DNA of 64,000 bases from Candidatus Hydrogenedentota bacterium (GTDB lineage: Bacteria > Hydrogenedentota > Hydrogenedentia > Hydrogenedentales > JAEUWI01): NCBI GenBank assembly GCA_034669905.1, contig JAXMOL010000012.1, positions 86,135 through 150,134 on the forward strand, in the 5' to 3' direction. The notes under the pieces are model-generated. The model was not told where the DNA came from and did no database searches. It was given only the letters and a program-made list of their open reading frames with translations. The first letter of the stretch is position 1; each line of letters opens with the position of its first letter. This document shows, in pieces, positions 37,667-48,204 of the stretch. The position numbers and the translations under genes are program-made.

Positions 37667-38782
37667 CTACATTCGGAAACGTGAGCCGCCCCGTCGTTTG
37701 AAGGACATGCCCGGCGATGCTTTCGAATCCTCATCCTGCGCTTCGGTTTGTTCCGGGGCCTCTTCGGTCTGGGGCGCAGGGCCTTCCAGTCGTTCCACCG
37801 GCTCAAAGGTACGGAAGGGGAGTTCTTCCGGCACCCGCTCCGGGCCGCGCTTCTCCCGACGGGTAGGCAGGCGGGTTACGTCGAAGGTGTCTTCTTTCTT
37901 CGCAGCCACCACGGTGGCCGCTGGAACGAGACTATAGCCGATGATGTCGCCCAGGTCGATGAGGAAGGCGAGAATCAGGAAAAAGATCTCGTTCCACCCC
38001 ACCGTTCCAAAATCGAAGAGGCGCTCAAAGACCGCAAAGAAAGGATTCTCCAGGGAGACGGGGGCGGGAAGGGCCACACCAGCCAGCGCGCCCACGTTCT
38101 TGGCTTCGACCCGCAGTTTATCCTGCAGGGCGTTCACCTCGGCAATGTTCTCGGGGCGGCTCTCAGACAAGATACGGTCTGCGGCCACCTGGGCGGCGAG
38201 GGCTTCGTCAATGGCGGCAACTTCTACGGCCACCTCTTTGCTCAAGACGGTGAGTCGGTGATCTTCCGAACGGGCACGGGTTCCATAGCCCGCCGGCGCC
38301 TCCCGCAATCCCCGGACTTCGGCGTCCAGCTCGCCCTCCTGTCGTGCGAGGGATATCTCGGCGGCCTGCTTCTGTGCCATGAGCTTCGTGCGAACTTCAC
38401 TAAGGTAATCGCCATAGCTGCTTTTTACCTTGTTGGTCGAGTGGCTGAGGAAGAAATCCTGGTTGCTCACGCGGTAGAGTACATCCATATTGAAGGTGAT
38501 GGAGATAAAAGCCACTATGGTCAGGCCCACCACGCCCATGAAGTTCAGCTTCTTCTGCTGGTCTACGATGGCGAGTTTGAGGGCAAAGAGCATGAGTCCG
38601 ATGGCCACCGAGAGGCCCAGCGCGAAAATGGAGCAATTCCACGTCAAGGTGTCCGTCAGCGGTATGGGGATTTTGGGTTCGGGCAGGATGGAATCCTGCA
38701 GACTGGCGTAGGTGGTCCACATGGAGACCAGCGTCAGAATTACCATGGCCACAAAAATGGCCCCTTTTGATACTCCGCCCAT
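37667..38782 (-). CDS. Membrane protein with coiled-coil region (DUF4407-like)
   Basis: Three N-terminal TM helices, a helical region containing E..G.....GYG.RA, a further TM helix and an acidic tail. Confidence 0.6.
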   Translation of the reverse strand: MGGVSKGAIFVAMVILTLVSMWTTYASLQDSILPEPKIPIPLTDTLTWNCSIFALGLSVAIGLMLFALKLAIVDQQKKLNFMGVVGLTIVAFISITFNMDVLYRVSNQDFFLSHSTNKVKSSYGDYLSEVRTKLMAQKQAAEISLARQEGELDAEVRGLREAPAGYGTRARSEDHRLTVLSKEVAVEVAAIDEALAAQVAADRILSESRPENIAEVNALQDKLRVEAKNVGALAGVALPAPVSLENPFFAVFERLFDFGTVGWNEIFFLILAFLIDLGDIIGYSLVPAATVVAAKKEDTFDVTRLPTRREKRGPERVPEELPFRTFEPVERLEGPAPQTEEAPEQTEAQDEDSKASPGMSFKRRGGSRFRM

Positions 38783-39119
38783 GACAGGGAACTCCCATTG
38801 ATTAATCGCGGACTTGAGCCATCCACATCGACCGCCCGGTAACTATTATCCGTCGCGGGAGAAAAAAGTTCCGGACCGGGGGTAGCGCCGTCTTGCGCGG
38901 GGGCGCTACGTGCTTTACGATACGCCTTGTGGCGAAAATGCGCAAGTCTGGAAACCGGGTGGCCCCGGCGCGGGTCCCTTAGGGGGCCGAGTAATCCGAT
39001 GTGGGTCATACTGGCATTGTGGCCTGTTCATCCATCGCGACGCGCGTCGAGCGCGTACGGTAAGACACCGCAGGCCTACGTGTGGCACGAGAACAACCGC
39101 CAGCGGAGAAAGAGAATCC

Positions 39120-40472
39120 ATGCCCCAATCACCCCGTCGTAAACCGAGCCTCAAACGCCGCCTTTTCAAGTGGGGCGCTGTTACTGTCGCCGTAGGTATC
39201 CTGTTGGTAGTGCTCGTGCTCGCCGTTGTTGCCCGGGGTGCCCTCTATAACCGCTTCGTCAAATTTCCCAAAGAAGCGGCGGCCTGGGAATCCATCCGCG
39301 CCAACCTGCAACCCGTGACCCTGGACGACGGGTGGGGGGCTTATCGGGGAAACTGCCACAGCCACTCCTACATTTCTCACGACAGCCAGGTGCCCTTCGA
39401 GGAAATACTGGCTGCTCTCAAAGTGGCCGAACGCGACTTCATCTTCATGACTGACCACGTGGTCGACGACATTGCCGATTATTCCATCCAATGGAAGGGC
39501 ATGAAGGATGGTATCCTGTTTGTGCGTGGCTACGAGATGGGCAGCGGGTTTATGCCCTGGGGCCTGCCCGACGACACCATTCTACGGCGGAGCACCGAGG
39601 ACGAGCTTCTCGCCCAGCAAATCGAAGAAAAAGGGGGACTGCTCTTCTTCGCCCATTCCGAAGAGGAACGGCAGTGGGACTTGCCCGAACTCGACGGTAT
39701 GGAGATCTACAATCTGCATACCGACACGAAGGACGAGGGCGGAAACTTTTATCTATCCCTGCTGGGCGACATCATCCTCAGTCTGGACCAATACCCCGAC
39801 CACGTGATCCGCTTGCTCTTCGACCGGCAGACCGAGATCCTGGCCAACTGGGACCGGCTGAATAAGACCCGGAAGATCGTTGGCATCCAAGGCACCGATG
39901 CGCACCAGAACAACGGCTTTATCGCCACCTACGTGGATGGAAAGCTCCGGGTGGAGGACACCAGTCCCCAGGAAGTGGGGGAATGGGAACTGAATTTCTT
40001 CACCCGGAATCTGCTCCGGCTGTTTTTTGGTAATTTTTCAGAAGGCGACGAGGTCTTCCGTTTTCAACTGGACCCCTACGAGCGGATGGTGCGCTATTCG
40101 GCCACCCATATCCTGGCGAACGAATTGACCGAGGAGGCCTTGCTCGACGGCCTGAAAGAGGGGCGGGTCTTCGTCGGCTTCGACATGATTGCCGATTGTC
40201 GGGGTTTCGTGTACTTCGCGGAAGATGGGGGCCAAAAGGCGGTCATGGGGGAATCGATGCCCCTCAGCGATACCGTGCGTCTTCGGGCCGGGGCACCCCA
40301 CATGGGCCGCTTCACCGTGGTGCACGATGGGGTGGCCATCTACCAGCACACGGGCACGGAGCTCGACTGGCATCCCACCCTGCCGGGCAACTATCGGGTG
40401 GAAGTCGAACTGATGATTGTGGACGAATGGGTTCCCTGGATTTACACCAATCCCCTCCGCATCACGTCCTGA
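39120..40472 (+). CDS. Membrane-anchored PHP-family metallohydrolase
   Basis: N-terminal anchor; HSHS..SHD, TDH, GYE, AH and GTDAH motifs. Start set at MPQSPRR. Confidence 0.85.
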   Translation: MPQSPRRKPSLKRRLFKWGAVTVAVGILLVVLVLAVVARGALYNRFVKFPKEAAAWESIRANLQPVTLDDGWGAYRGNCHSHSYISHDSQVPFEEILAALKVAERDFIFMTDHVVDDIADYSIQWKGMKDGILFVRGYEMGSGFMPWGLPDDTILRRSTEDELLAQQIEEKGGLLFFAHSEEERQWDLPELDGMEIYNLHTDTKDEGGNFYLSLLGDIILSLDQYPDHVIRLLFDRQTEILANWDRLNKTRKIVGIQGTDAHQNNGFIATYVDGKLRVEDTSPQEVGEWELNFFTRNLLRLFFGNFSEGDEVFRFQLDPYERMVRYSATHILANELTEEALLDGLKEGRVFVGFDMIADCRGFVYFAEDGGQKAVMGESMPLSDTVRLRAGAPHMGRFTVVHDGVAIYQHTGTELDWHPTLPGNYRVEVELMIVDEWVPWIYTNPLRITS

Positions 40473-40598
40473 GCGACTTCATCGCGGCGTGAACGCGAAT
40501 ACATGATCACGAGGCGCAGGGTGCTGGTGTCCGAACTGCTTTCAGGTCCCCTTCGGCCGTTATACGAATAGTACGAAGCGGATAGTTTCCGGTTCTGC

Positions 40599-40627
40599 TT
40601 GACATCCCGGCCCGTTCAACCGATCAT
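40599..40627 (+). promoter_or_regulatory. Putative promoter of the MoxR/VWA operon
   Basis: TTGACA-17 nt-GATCAT just upstream of the first gene. Confidence 0.4.
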
Positions 40628-40633
40628 GGAGCA

Positions 40634-43210
40634 GTGAATAGCGGTATGTTCATAGTCAATTGGCGCGACACGGGAAATACCCTGCGGCGTGCCCTGTGGT
40701 TCTCTGTGACCGCCTGGGGCCTGCTTGTTTCGTGGGGCTTTTCTGCGGTGCCCCATGCGCCCGCGTCGCCCTATGCCGAGGCGTACCTCCGAGGGAACTA
40801 CCAGGAGGCGCTCGATACCCTGGAAGGGGAAGTGGGGGACGTGGCGCGGAATCTGCCCACTGACTGGGCGTTGGACCGCGCAGAGCTCCTCTTTATCCTG
40901 GGTCGGGGCGAAGAAGCCCTGGTGGCCATGCGCGATGTGGCCCAGTCCATGCAAGAGCCCTATTACACCGTCCGACTGGCCGAGATGCTCCGGGAACTGG
41001 GACGTTACTCCGATGCGGACCAGGCGGCGCAATGGGCCTTTCAGCAGAACCAGGCCTACTATGCACCCCAGCAATTTCCCCGGGAGAACCTGTTGGCCCT
41101 GGGGCGGCTGGTCCGGCTTCGTGGCGAAAACCCCAACCGGGTGCTCCAGATTTACCAACAACGGCTCCTGGCGCGCGATCCAAACTACATCCCCGGCTTC
41201 GTAGAGGCAGGGGAATTGGCGCTGGCCAGCTATGGCTATGATATCGCCGAAGAGTATTTTCTGGCGGCTCTGGCGTTGGACGATACGCGGCAAGATGCCC
41301 TGGCCGGACTTGCCGAGACCTATTGGAAGGCGGGTGATCCCCGCTTCGAAGCGGTACGGGAACGACTCGAAGGGCTCAATCCCCATCACCCGCGACTGCA
41401 ATGTATGGTTGTGTCCCAAAGCCTCGCGGCCGATGACCGGGAAACGGCGGAGCGTCTGCTGGACGACCTGCTCTCGATTAACGCCTCCCACCGCGAGGGC
41501 CTGGCCTATCGAGCCGCCCTGGCTTTTCTGAAGGATGATGCCGACGGGCAGGCGGCGGCGCTGAAGCGCTTGAGTGAATTGGATCCTCTGCGGGGGGACG
41601 GTTTCCACATCGTAGGAGAAGTGGCCGCGCGCCATTATCGTTTTGAGGAAGCCGTGGAACTCTTGCGCACCGGGGTGGCCGTCGAGCCCGACAATGTAGC
41701 GATTCAGTCGGCCCTGGGGCTCAACCTTTTGCGCATTGGTGAGGACGAAGCCGGCCGCGCGATCCTGGAAGAGGCCTTCGAGGAAGACCGCTTCAACGTG
41801 CAGATTTACAACATGCTCGAAGTGCTCGACAGTATGGCGGCCTTCGACACCCTGAACACACCCGCCTTTGATATTCGCTTGCCGGAGACCGAGTCCCAGG
41901 TCATGGGCAAGGAGTTGACCACCCTCCTGGACGAAGCCATCGGGCATTACGAAGACCGCTACGATGTGGCGATCCGTAAGCCGGTCCACGTGCAGATCTT
42001 TGATGACCATGACGAATTCATGGTGCGCTCGGTGGGGCTTCCGGGCAATCCCGGACACCTGGGTATCTGCTTTGGCGATCTGGTTACCCTCGATTCGCCC
42101 CGGGCACGACCGCCCCGGTCCATGAACTGGCGGGCGGTGCTGTGGCACGAGTTTGTCCATGTCATTACCTTGCAGAAAACGAATAACCGCATTCCCCGCT
42201 GGCTCTCCGAAGGCATCTCGGTCTACGAAGAAGGGCAACGGGACCCGGCCTGGGGGCAGCCGCTCCTGCCGGACTTCAAGGAGTTGCTCGAGGAAGGGGT
42301 GTGGCCGGGCGTGGCGGACCTGGAAGCCTACTTCGTGCGTCCCGAATCTGCTACCCACCTCATTTTCGGCTATTTTCTGGCGGGCGAATTCGTCCAGACC
42401 TACGTGGATGCCTTTGGAATGTCCGCCCTGTTGGAAGCCCTGGATGCCATGGGCCGTGGCGATGACGCTGCCGTCGCGCTGACCGAAGCGGCGGGAGAAA
42501 GCGTTGCCGAATTGGATACCCATTTCGCAGCCCATTTGAAAACGGTATGCCGTCCCCTGCGCTACCTGCACCGCGACGAGGCCCCGTCCTTTCTGTTGCA
42601 GAAGATTGAGAGGCCCTCCTTCTTCCGTATCATGGAAGCTGGCCAGGAGGCTGCTGCCGCAGGCGACACGGAGACCGCTATCGCTAAATTCGAAAAAGCG
42701 GCTACCCTCTATCCTGCGTTTCCAGACGTCATGAATCCCTACCGCCAGCTGGTGACGCTGCACCACCAATCCGGGGACACCGCGGCGTGGGCGGAGGCCG
42801 TCATGGATCTCTGTCGCTATGATGCCACGGCCTTTGAAGAGCCCCTGGCCTTGTTAGACCATGCGGTCCGTGAGGAAAATTGGGAGCAGGTCCTGACCCT
42901 GGTGGATTGGTGCATCGGTATCGACCCCTTTGACTTGAGTCTGTACGCCCAGCGGCGTACAGCGCAGGAAGCCCTGGGACAGCAGGAAGGGCTACTCGAA
43001 ACCTTGGCCCTGCTTGCCCGGCAAGATGAAGCCAACACCGCCGCCTATCAACTCGCATCGGCCGAGACCCTACTGTCTCTCGCCCGGCGGGAAGAGGCCC
43101 GCCGTACCATCCTGGAGGTGCTGGAGGCCTTTCCCGAATACCGGGCGGCCCAGGTACTTCTACTTTCTTTGCACGAAGAATCCGAGGAGGCTCCCGCGAA
43201 TGCGTCGTAG
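40634..43210 (+). CDS. Exported TPR protein with central peptidase MA-like (gluzincin) domain
   Basis: Signal-like N-terminus; TPR helices on both sides of VLWHEFVH...IPRWLSEGISVYEE. Confidence 0.85.
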   Translation: MNSGMFIVNWRDTGNTLRRALWFSVTAWGLLVSWGFSAVPHAPASPYAEAYLRGNYQEALDTLEGEVGDVARNLPTDWALDRAELLFILGRGEEALVAMRDVAQSMQEPYYTVRLAEMLRELGRYSDADQAAQWAFQQNQAYYAPQQFPRENLLALGRLVRLRGENPNRVLQIYQQRLLARDPNYIPGFVEAGELALASYGYDIAEEYFLAALALDDTRQDALAGLAETYWKAGDPRFEAVRERLEGLNPHHPRLQCMVVSQSLAADDRETAERLLDDLLSINASHREGLAYRAALAFLKDDADGQAAALKRLSELDPLRGDGFHIVGEVAARHYRFEEAVELLRTGVAVEPDNVAIQSALGLNLLRIGEDEAGRAILEEAFEEDRFNVQIYNMLEVLDSMAAFDTLNTPAFDIRLPETESQVMGKELTTLLDEAIGHYEDRYDVAIRKPVHVQIFDDHDEFMVRSVGLPGNPGHLGICFGDLVTLDSPRARPPRSMNWRAVLWHEFVHVITLQKTNNRIPRWLSEGISVYEEGQRDPAWGQPLLPDFKELLEEGVWPGVADLEAYFVRPESATHLIFGYFLAGEFVQTYVDAFGMSALLEALDAMGRGDDAAVALTEAAGESVAELDTHFAAHLKTVCRPLRYLHRDEAPSFLLQKIERPSFFRIMEAGQEAAAAGDTETAIAKFEKAATLYPAFPDVMNPYRQLVTLHHQSGDTAAWAEAVMDLCRYDATAFEEPLALLDHAVREENWEQVLTLVDWCIGIDPFDLSLYAQRRTAQEALGQQEGLLETLALLARQDEANTAAYQLASAETLLSLARREEARRTILEVLEAFPEYRAAQVLLLSLHEESEEAPANAS

Positions 43211-44036
43211 CACATACCCTATTATCCTGCTGCTGGTCCTCCTTGTGGGGATGCCCGCGACCCTATGGGGGCAGGGGCGCCGGAATCCCTTTTCGCAGGA
43301 GTCCCAGCGGGCGGGCGTCGGGCCATTCCCCACCAACTGCTTCACCTTTTGCCGTATCCAATACGACAGCTTTTCCGGTAGCCGCCGGGGATGGGGGAAG
43401 TGGCGGACGGATTTTCCGGAATCGGACTACAATTTCTCGCTCCGTCTTTCCCAGCTCACCAGCATCGAAGTGAACCGCTACCCCGATGGGACCATCCGCC
43501 ATGACATTGTGCGTCTGGATGACCCGGCCCTGCGGCGTTACCCCTTCATCTACATGATTGAGGTGGGGTCCATTATGCTTTCCCAGGGCGAAGTGGAGGG
43601 GCTGCGCGATTACCTGCTCCGGGGCGGGTTTCTTATGGTCGACGACTTCTGGGGCGAAGAAGAGTGGGCGAACTGGAACTATGAGTTTGACCGGGTCTTG
43701 CCGCCCGATGAATACCCCCGTTTTGAGATCCCCCTCGATCACCCCATCTATCACATCGTTTTCGATTTGGACGAAGTGCCCCAGGTCCCTGCGTTGGACA
43801 ACTATCTCGGTCGGGGCCTGACCTATGAACGGCCCTGGGAACCGGGTACGGACACGCCCCATATCTGGGGGGTGAACGACAAAGAGGGTCGGCTCATGGC
43901 CGTCATCTGCCACAACACCGATCTGGGGGATGGCTGGGAACGGGAAGGGCAGAGCCCCGAGTATTTTCAGAAATTCTCCGTAAAGAAAGCCTATCCCATG
44001 GGGATTAATATTGTCGTTTACGCCATGACCCATTAG
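43200..44036 (+). CDS. DUF4159 domain protein (exported)
   Basis: Start MRRSTYP overlaps the upstream stop. FCRIQY, WRTDFP, YPFIY, LRDYLLRGGFLMVDDFWG, HPIY, NTDLGDGWE and GINIVVYAMTH motifs. Confidence 0.9.
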   Translation: MRRSTYPIILLLVLLVGMPATLWGQGRRNPFSQESQRAGVGPFPTNCFTFCRIQYDSFSGSRRGWGKWRTDFPESDYNFSLRLSQLTSIEVNRYPDGTIRHDIVRLDDPALRRYPFIYMIEVGSIMLSQGEVEGLRDYLLRGGFLMVDDFWGEEEWANWNYEFDRVLPPDEYPRFEIPLDHPIYHIVFDLDEVPQVPALDNYLGRGLTYERPWEPGTDTPHIWGVNDKEGRLMAVICHNTDLGDGWEREGQSPEYFQKFSVKKAYPMGINIVVYAMTH

Positions 44037-44039
44037 GGG

Positions 44040-45107
44040 ATGACCTTGAACGACCAGCCAGAAGGAATGGATATGGAAGCACCGGCGGAAGCAATAGACA
44101 AGCCCTTCGAAGAGCAGACTCTGGCCACCTTACGGGCGGGGATGCCACGTATGATGACCGAACTGCGCAAGGTCATCGTGGGGCAGGAGGCCGTGGTGGA
44201 TTCCCTGGCGCGGGTCCTCCTTTCCGGGTCTCACGGCCTGATCACGGGGCCCCCGGGGCTGGCCAAGACCCTCTTGATTCGGAGCGTGGCCCAGATACTC
44301 CATCTCGACTTCAAGCGGGTGCAGTTCACGCCCGACCTGATGCCCAGCGATATTACCGGTACGGAGTTGATTGAAGAGGACCGGCAGACGGGCCATCGGG
44401 AACTCCGTTTTATCCCGGGACCCGTTTTTACCAACATCCTCCTGGCCGACGAAATCAACCGGACGCCGCCCAAGACCCAGGCGGCCCTCCTGGAAGCCAT
44501 GGAGGAAAAGCAGGTCACGGTGGCGGGGGAGACGCGGGCGCTCAATAAGCCCTTTTTTGTGTTGGCCACGCAGAACCCCATCGAGCTGGAGGGGACCTAT
44601 CCCTTGCCCGAGGCCCAACTCGACCGCTTTATGTGCAGCATCGAGATTAAATACCTCCCCGAGGACGATGAGCTTGCGGTGGTTACCCAGACCACGGCGG
44701 ACGGTTCGCAGACCTTGGAGCCTGTCTTCACGGGCCAGGACATGATAGATTTTGCCCGGCTGGTGCGCATGGTACCTATTGCCGAGCCGGTGGCCCGCTA
44801 CGCGGTGCAATTGGCCCAGGCGAGTCGACCCCTGGCCGCCAATGCGCCGGACTTCGTGACCCAGTGGGTCGGTTGGGGTGCGGGTACCCGAGGGAGCCAG
44901 TATCTTGTGCTGGCGGCCAAGGCCCGGGCGCTCCTCGACGGACGTTTCCATGTGGCGACAGAAGATGTGCAGGCCGTGGCCCACGAGGTGTTACGCCATA
45001 GGATTCTGACCAATTTCCGTGCCGAGGCCGACCAGGTGCGCGTGGATAATGTCATCGACAAGTTGCTGGCTCACGTGTCGACGCCCGGCGAAGGAGGCGC
45101 CCTGTGA
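44040..45107 (+). CDS. moxR: MoxR-family AAA+ ATPase
   Basis: GPPGLAKT, RVQFTPDLMPSDITG, LLADEINRTPPKTQAALLEAM and ATQNPIELEGTYPLPEAQLDRF motifs. Confidence 0.96.
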   Translation: MTLNDQPEGMDMEAPAEAIDKPFEEQTLATLRAGMPRMMTELRKVIVGQEAVVDSLARVLLSGSHGLITGPPGLAKTLLIRSVAQILHLDFKRVQFTPDLMPSDITGTELIEEDRQTGHRELRFIPGPVFTNILLADEINRTPPKTQAALLEAMEEKQVTVAGETRALNKPFFVLATQNPIELEGTYPLPEAQLDRFMCSIEIKYLPEDDELAVVTQTTADGSQTLEPVFTGQDMIDFARLVRMVPIAEPVARYAVQLAQASRPLAANAPDFVTQWVGWGAGTRGSQYLVLAAKARALLDGRFHVATEDVQAVAHEVLRHRILTNFRAEADQVRVDNVIDKLLAHVSTPGEGGAL

Positions 45108-45153
45108 GTGTCCTTCATCCCGGCCCATTCAAACCGGAGCCCGTGCATCCCCT

Positions 45154-46092
45154 ATGGCCTTGAGCGTGGAACATAACATCGCCCCCGACGACCTGGCGAA
45201 AGTCAGCGACCTTGCGTTGCTGGCCCAGGTGCTCGTGGCAGGGCAGCGTCTCGGGCTGCACCGAAGTCCCCATGCCGGTACCTCGGTGGAGTTTTCCCAA
45301 TACCGTCCCTATGTGCAGGGAGACGACCCCCGCTTTGTGGACTGGAAACGTTATGCCCGCAGTGACCGGCTCCACATCAAGGAATTCCACGAAGAGACCA
45401 ATATGCACTGCACCCTGCTCCTGGATTGCAGTGCGTCCATGGGCTATGGCAGCACGGCCCTTACGAAATTTCGCTATGCCCAGATTTTGACCGCGTCCCT
45501 TGCGTGGATGCTGAGTGAACAACATGACGAGGCGGCCCTCGTGGCCTACCATAGCGAAGTGGATTGCCACATTCCCCACCAACGCCGATCCCACCAGATT
45601 CGACGGTTGATCACCGCTATCGAAGGGCTCCGTCCTGCCGGCTCTACGGCGATCGATGAGGCGCTGAATTGGGTCGGCGATGTGATGGCCCCCCGGGGGA
45701 TGGTGGTGTTGATTACCGACCTGCTCCAGCCGTTGCCCGATGTGATTACCCAGCTTCGGGCCCTCCGTGCACGACGTCATGACGTGTTGGTCTTTCAACT
45801 GGCCGACGTGGCCGAGGCGACCTTGCCCTTCGACGATGCGGTGACCCTCATCGATGCCGAAGGGGGCGGCGAGCGGCTGGTGGACGTAGAGAAGGTACGG
45901 GAAGACTATCTGGAGAATCGGCAGGCCCACTTTGATGAGATTCGCGCCCTCTGCCTTTCCTATGAAATAGACTATGTGACTCTCCAGACTGATCAACCCC
46001 TGGACAGTGCCTTGCGCCACTTTCTGTATCACCGGACCCATGCCCTGCGCACCCAGAGTCGGCAGAGTCGTGCCGTGTCGGGGGGATCGTGA
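45154..46092 (+). CDS. DUF58 (VWA-like) protein
   Basis: GLHRS...GTSVEFSQYRPYVQGDDPRFVDWK, MIDAS DCSASM and LITD motifs. Confidence 0.93.
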   Translation: MALSVEHNIAPDDLAKVSDLALLAQVLVAGQRLGLHRSPHAGTSVEFSQYRPYVQGDDPRFVDWKRYARSDRLHIKEFHEETNMHCTLLLDCSASMGYGSTALTKFRYAQILTASLAWMLSEQHDEAALVAYHSEVDCHIPHQRRSHQIRRLITAIEGLRPAGSTAIDEALNWVGDVMAPRGMVVLITDLLQPLPDVITQLRALRARRHDVLVFQLADVAEATLPFDDAVTLIDAEGGGERLVDVEKVREDYLENRQAHFDEIRALCLSYEIDYVTLQTDQPLDSALRHFLYHRTHALRTQSRQSRAVSGGS

Positions 46093-48200
46093 TGGGTATG
46101 TTGGCTCCGTGGCTGCTGGGTGGGTTCGCCTTCCTGGTCGTTCCCTGGATTATTCACCGCAAGCGAAAGCCGCCGCGTAATCCGACGCCCTTTAGCAGCC
46201 TTATGTTTGTGCCCAAAGCGGCCCCCACCACGCGCGCCCGGAAGCAGGTGGAGAACCCCTGGCTCATGGCCCTCCGCATGTTGCTCTTACTGCTCCTGGC
46301 CCTGGCCTTTGCACGGCCCTATCAGGAGGCCCTGGCCACCTATGTTTCCAAGTACCCCGAGACGGTCTGGCATGTGCTCCTCGTCGATGTCTCCGCGAGC
46401 ATGTCCGCCGACGGAGCTATGGACGCGCGGGACGAGGCCATTGCCCGCGCCTTGAATGCGATGGGCACCGGGGATGGCGTTGCGGTCGTAGCCTTTGACA
46501 CGGCGGCCCAGGTGCTGTTGCCCTTTGCTGCGCCTGAGGGGCCGACCCGCAATGGTACGGCGGGTGCACGCAAGGCCCTGGAAGCCTTGCCGGAACCCGC
46601 CGGTGCCACCGATTACCGGGTGGCGTTGGCGACGGCGGAATCTCTCCTGCGGCGGGTAGCGGATTCGGAGGAAGTAGCGGCCCGTCGGGAAATACACCTT
46701 ATCACCGATCTGCAGCGTTCAGGGTTGCCTTCCGATGGGCGACAGGAGCAACTTTCTGAGGATATCGAGTTGCACCTGTACCCGGTGGGCGAGGAAGGAG
46801 AAAGCAATGTCTCGGTGGAAGACGTGGCACTCCTCCGACGTCCTGAAGGAAAGCTCCTGGTACGCGCCCGTGTCCAATACTATGGAGAAGGGCCGACACA
46901 ATTGACCGGTCGTGTGCTCCTCGACGGCGAGGAGGTCGGGCGCCAGACGCTGTCTCTTTCGGGGCATGGGAGCCGCACACTTTCTTTTCTGGCCGACGCC
47001 GATACGGCCGCGCCCCACCGTGTGGTGGTGGAGGCCGTGGAACCCGATGGCTTTATGGCCGACAATCTTCGCTACGCCTACTACACGCCGGAGCCGATGC
47101 GGGAGATCGGCGTCCTCTGGGCCATGCCCGGCGCGGCGCCCCAGGATGTTTCCCGTTTTCTTAACGCGGCCATGGCCGAGTCCCAACCCCTTCCGTGGAC
47201 ATTGACCGGACTCGGGGCCGACGCCATACGGCGGGGCGGGGAGGATGGCTCTTTACCCTCCGTGCTGGCGGTGGTAGGCAGTGCCCTGGACGCTGAAGTC
47301 GCGAAGGTCTTGGAGGCCCACCTGCAGGCGGGTGGGCGGATGCTGCTTATTCCGGACCCGGGAGGTTTTCCACCGGCTTTGGTGGACCAGGTTATTGGGC
47401 CGCTGGGTATTCAGGTGGCGGCGCCGCGCTTTTCTGAAACGGAGGCGGGGCGTTACGCGGGCTTCTCGTGGGTCGACTTTGAGCACCCCGTATTCCAATC
47501 CTTTCGGGAGCCCATGTACAGCGACTTCAGCATGGTGCGCTTTCAGAATTTCTTCGCACTGGCGCAGGACGACGGAGCACCCGGGGCGGTGATCGCCCGG
47601 CTCGAAGGCGAGCGCGTGGGTGCGGAGTACCCTGCCCTCATCACGGCCTCGGCAGGTGAAGGCCAGTTGCTCCTCTGGGCCTTCCCGCTGGATCCCGCGT
47701 GGACCAATCTCATGCGGACCCGGCGCTTTATTCCCTTGCTCCACGAAAGTATCGCCTTGCTCTTGCCGGAACTCCCCGCACCACGAAGCTGGTCCACGGG
47801 CGATGTGCCCCGACTGCCCGACGGCGCTGTAGAGAACGTGACGGCCGTCCGGTATCCCGAGGCCGAAAATTGGTCTGAGATCGAGTCCATGACCCGTGTC
47901 CTCCGTTCCGGCTTTCTGCAATGGGGCGATGGGAATGGCGCGTTGCAGTCGGTGGAAGGGGTAAATCTCGCCCGGCAAGAGAGTGACCTGGACCGCTTCG
48001 ACGAGGACGCCTTCCGACTGCGTGTGACCCGGGAGGGCATAGCGCCGTCGGAAGAAGAAGGCATCGTCGCCCGGTCCCCCGAGCAGGATGTAGTACACTG
48101 GGAGTATGGATACCCCATTCTGGCCCTCCTTCTGGCAGGCTATCTACTGGAATCGGGGATAGCGCTCCGTCTGGCGCAGCAGCGGAGCGGGGAGTCGTAA
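46089..48200 (+). CDS. BatA-domain/VWA membrane protein
   Basis: N-terminal P.IIH...FSSL.F...LRMLLL..LALAFARP double-TM domain; MIDAS DVSASMS; ITD; C-terminal ESDL plus TM helix. Confidence 0.88.
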   Translation: MMGMLAPWLLGGFAFLVVPWIIHRKRKPPRNPTPFSSLMFVPKAAPTTRARKQVENPWLMALRMLLLLLLALAFARPYQEALATYVSKYPETVWHVLLVDVSASMSADGAMDARDEAIARALNAMGTGDGVAVVAFDTAAQVLLPFAAPEGPTRNGTAGARKALEALPEPAGATDYRVALATAESLLRRVADSEEVAARREIHLITDLQRSGLPSDGRQEQLSEDIELHLYPVGEEGESNVSVEDVALLRRPEGKLLVRARVQYYGEGPTQLTGRVLLDGEEVGRQTLSLSGHGSRTLSFLADADTAAPHRVVVEAVEPDGFMADNLRYAYYTPEPMREIGVLWAMPGAAPQDVSRFLNAAMAESQPLPWTLTGLGADAIRRGGEDGSLPSVLAVVGSALDAEVAKVLEAHLQAGGRMLLIPDPGGFPPALVDQVIGPLGIQVAAPRFSETEAGRYAGFSWVDFEHPVFQSFREPMYSDFSMVRFQNFFALAQDDGAPGAVIARLEGERVGAEYPALITASAGEGQLLLWAFPLDPAWTNLMRTRRFIPLLHESIALLLPELPAPRSWSTGDVPRLPDGAVENVTAVRYPEAENWSEIESMTRVLRSGFLQWGDGNGALQSVEGVNLARQESDLDRFDEDAFRLRVTREGIAPSEEEGIVARSPEQDVVHWEYGYPILALLLAGYLLESGIALRLAQQRSGES

Positions 48201-48204
48201 TGTG

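Noticed and set aside
38882..38909. Hairpin GTAGCGCC-N12-GGCGCTAC between divergent genes
   Set aside because: Single short copy with no U-tract; it could be a GTAG-type REP or an operator, but I cannot support either.
40616..42769. 717-aa minus-strand ORF
   Set aside because: Antisense to the TPR-gluzincin gene, which has clear motifs and operon coupling.
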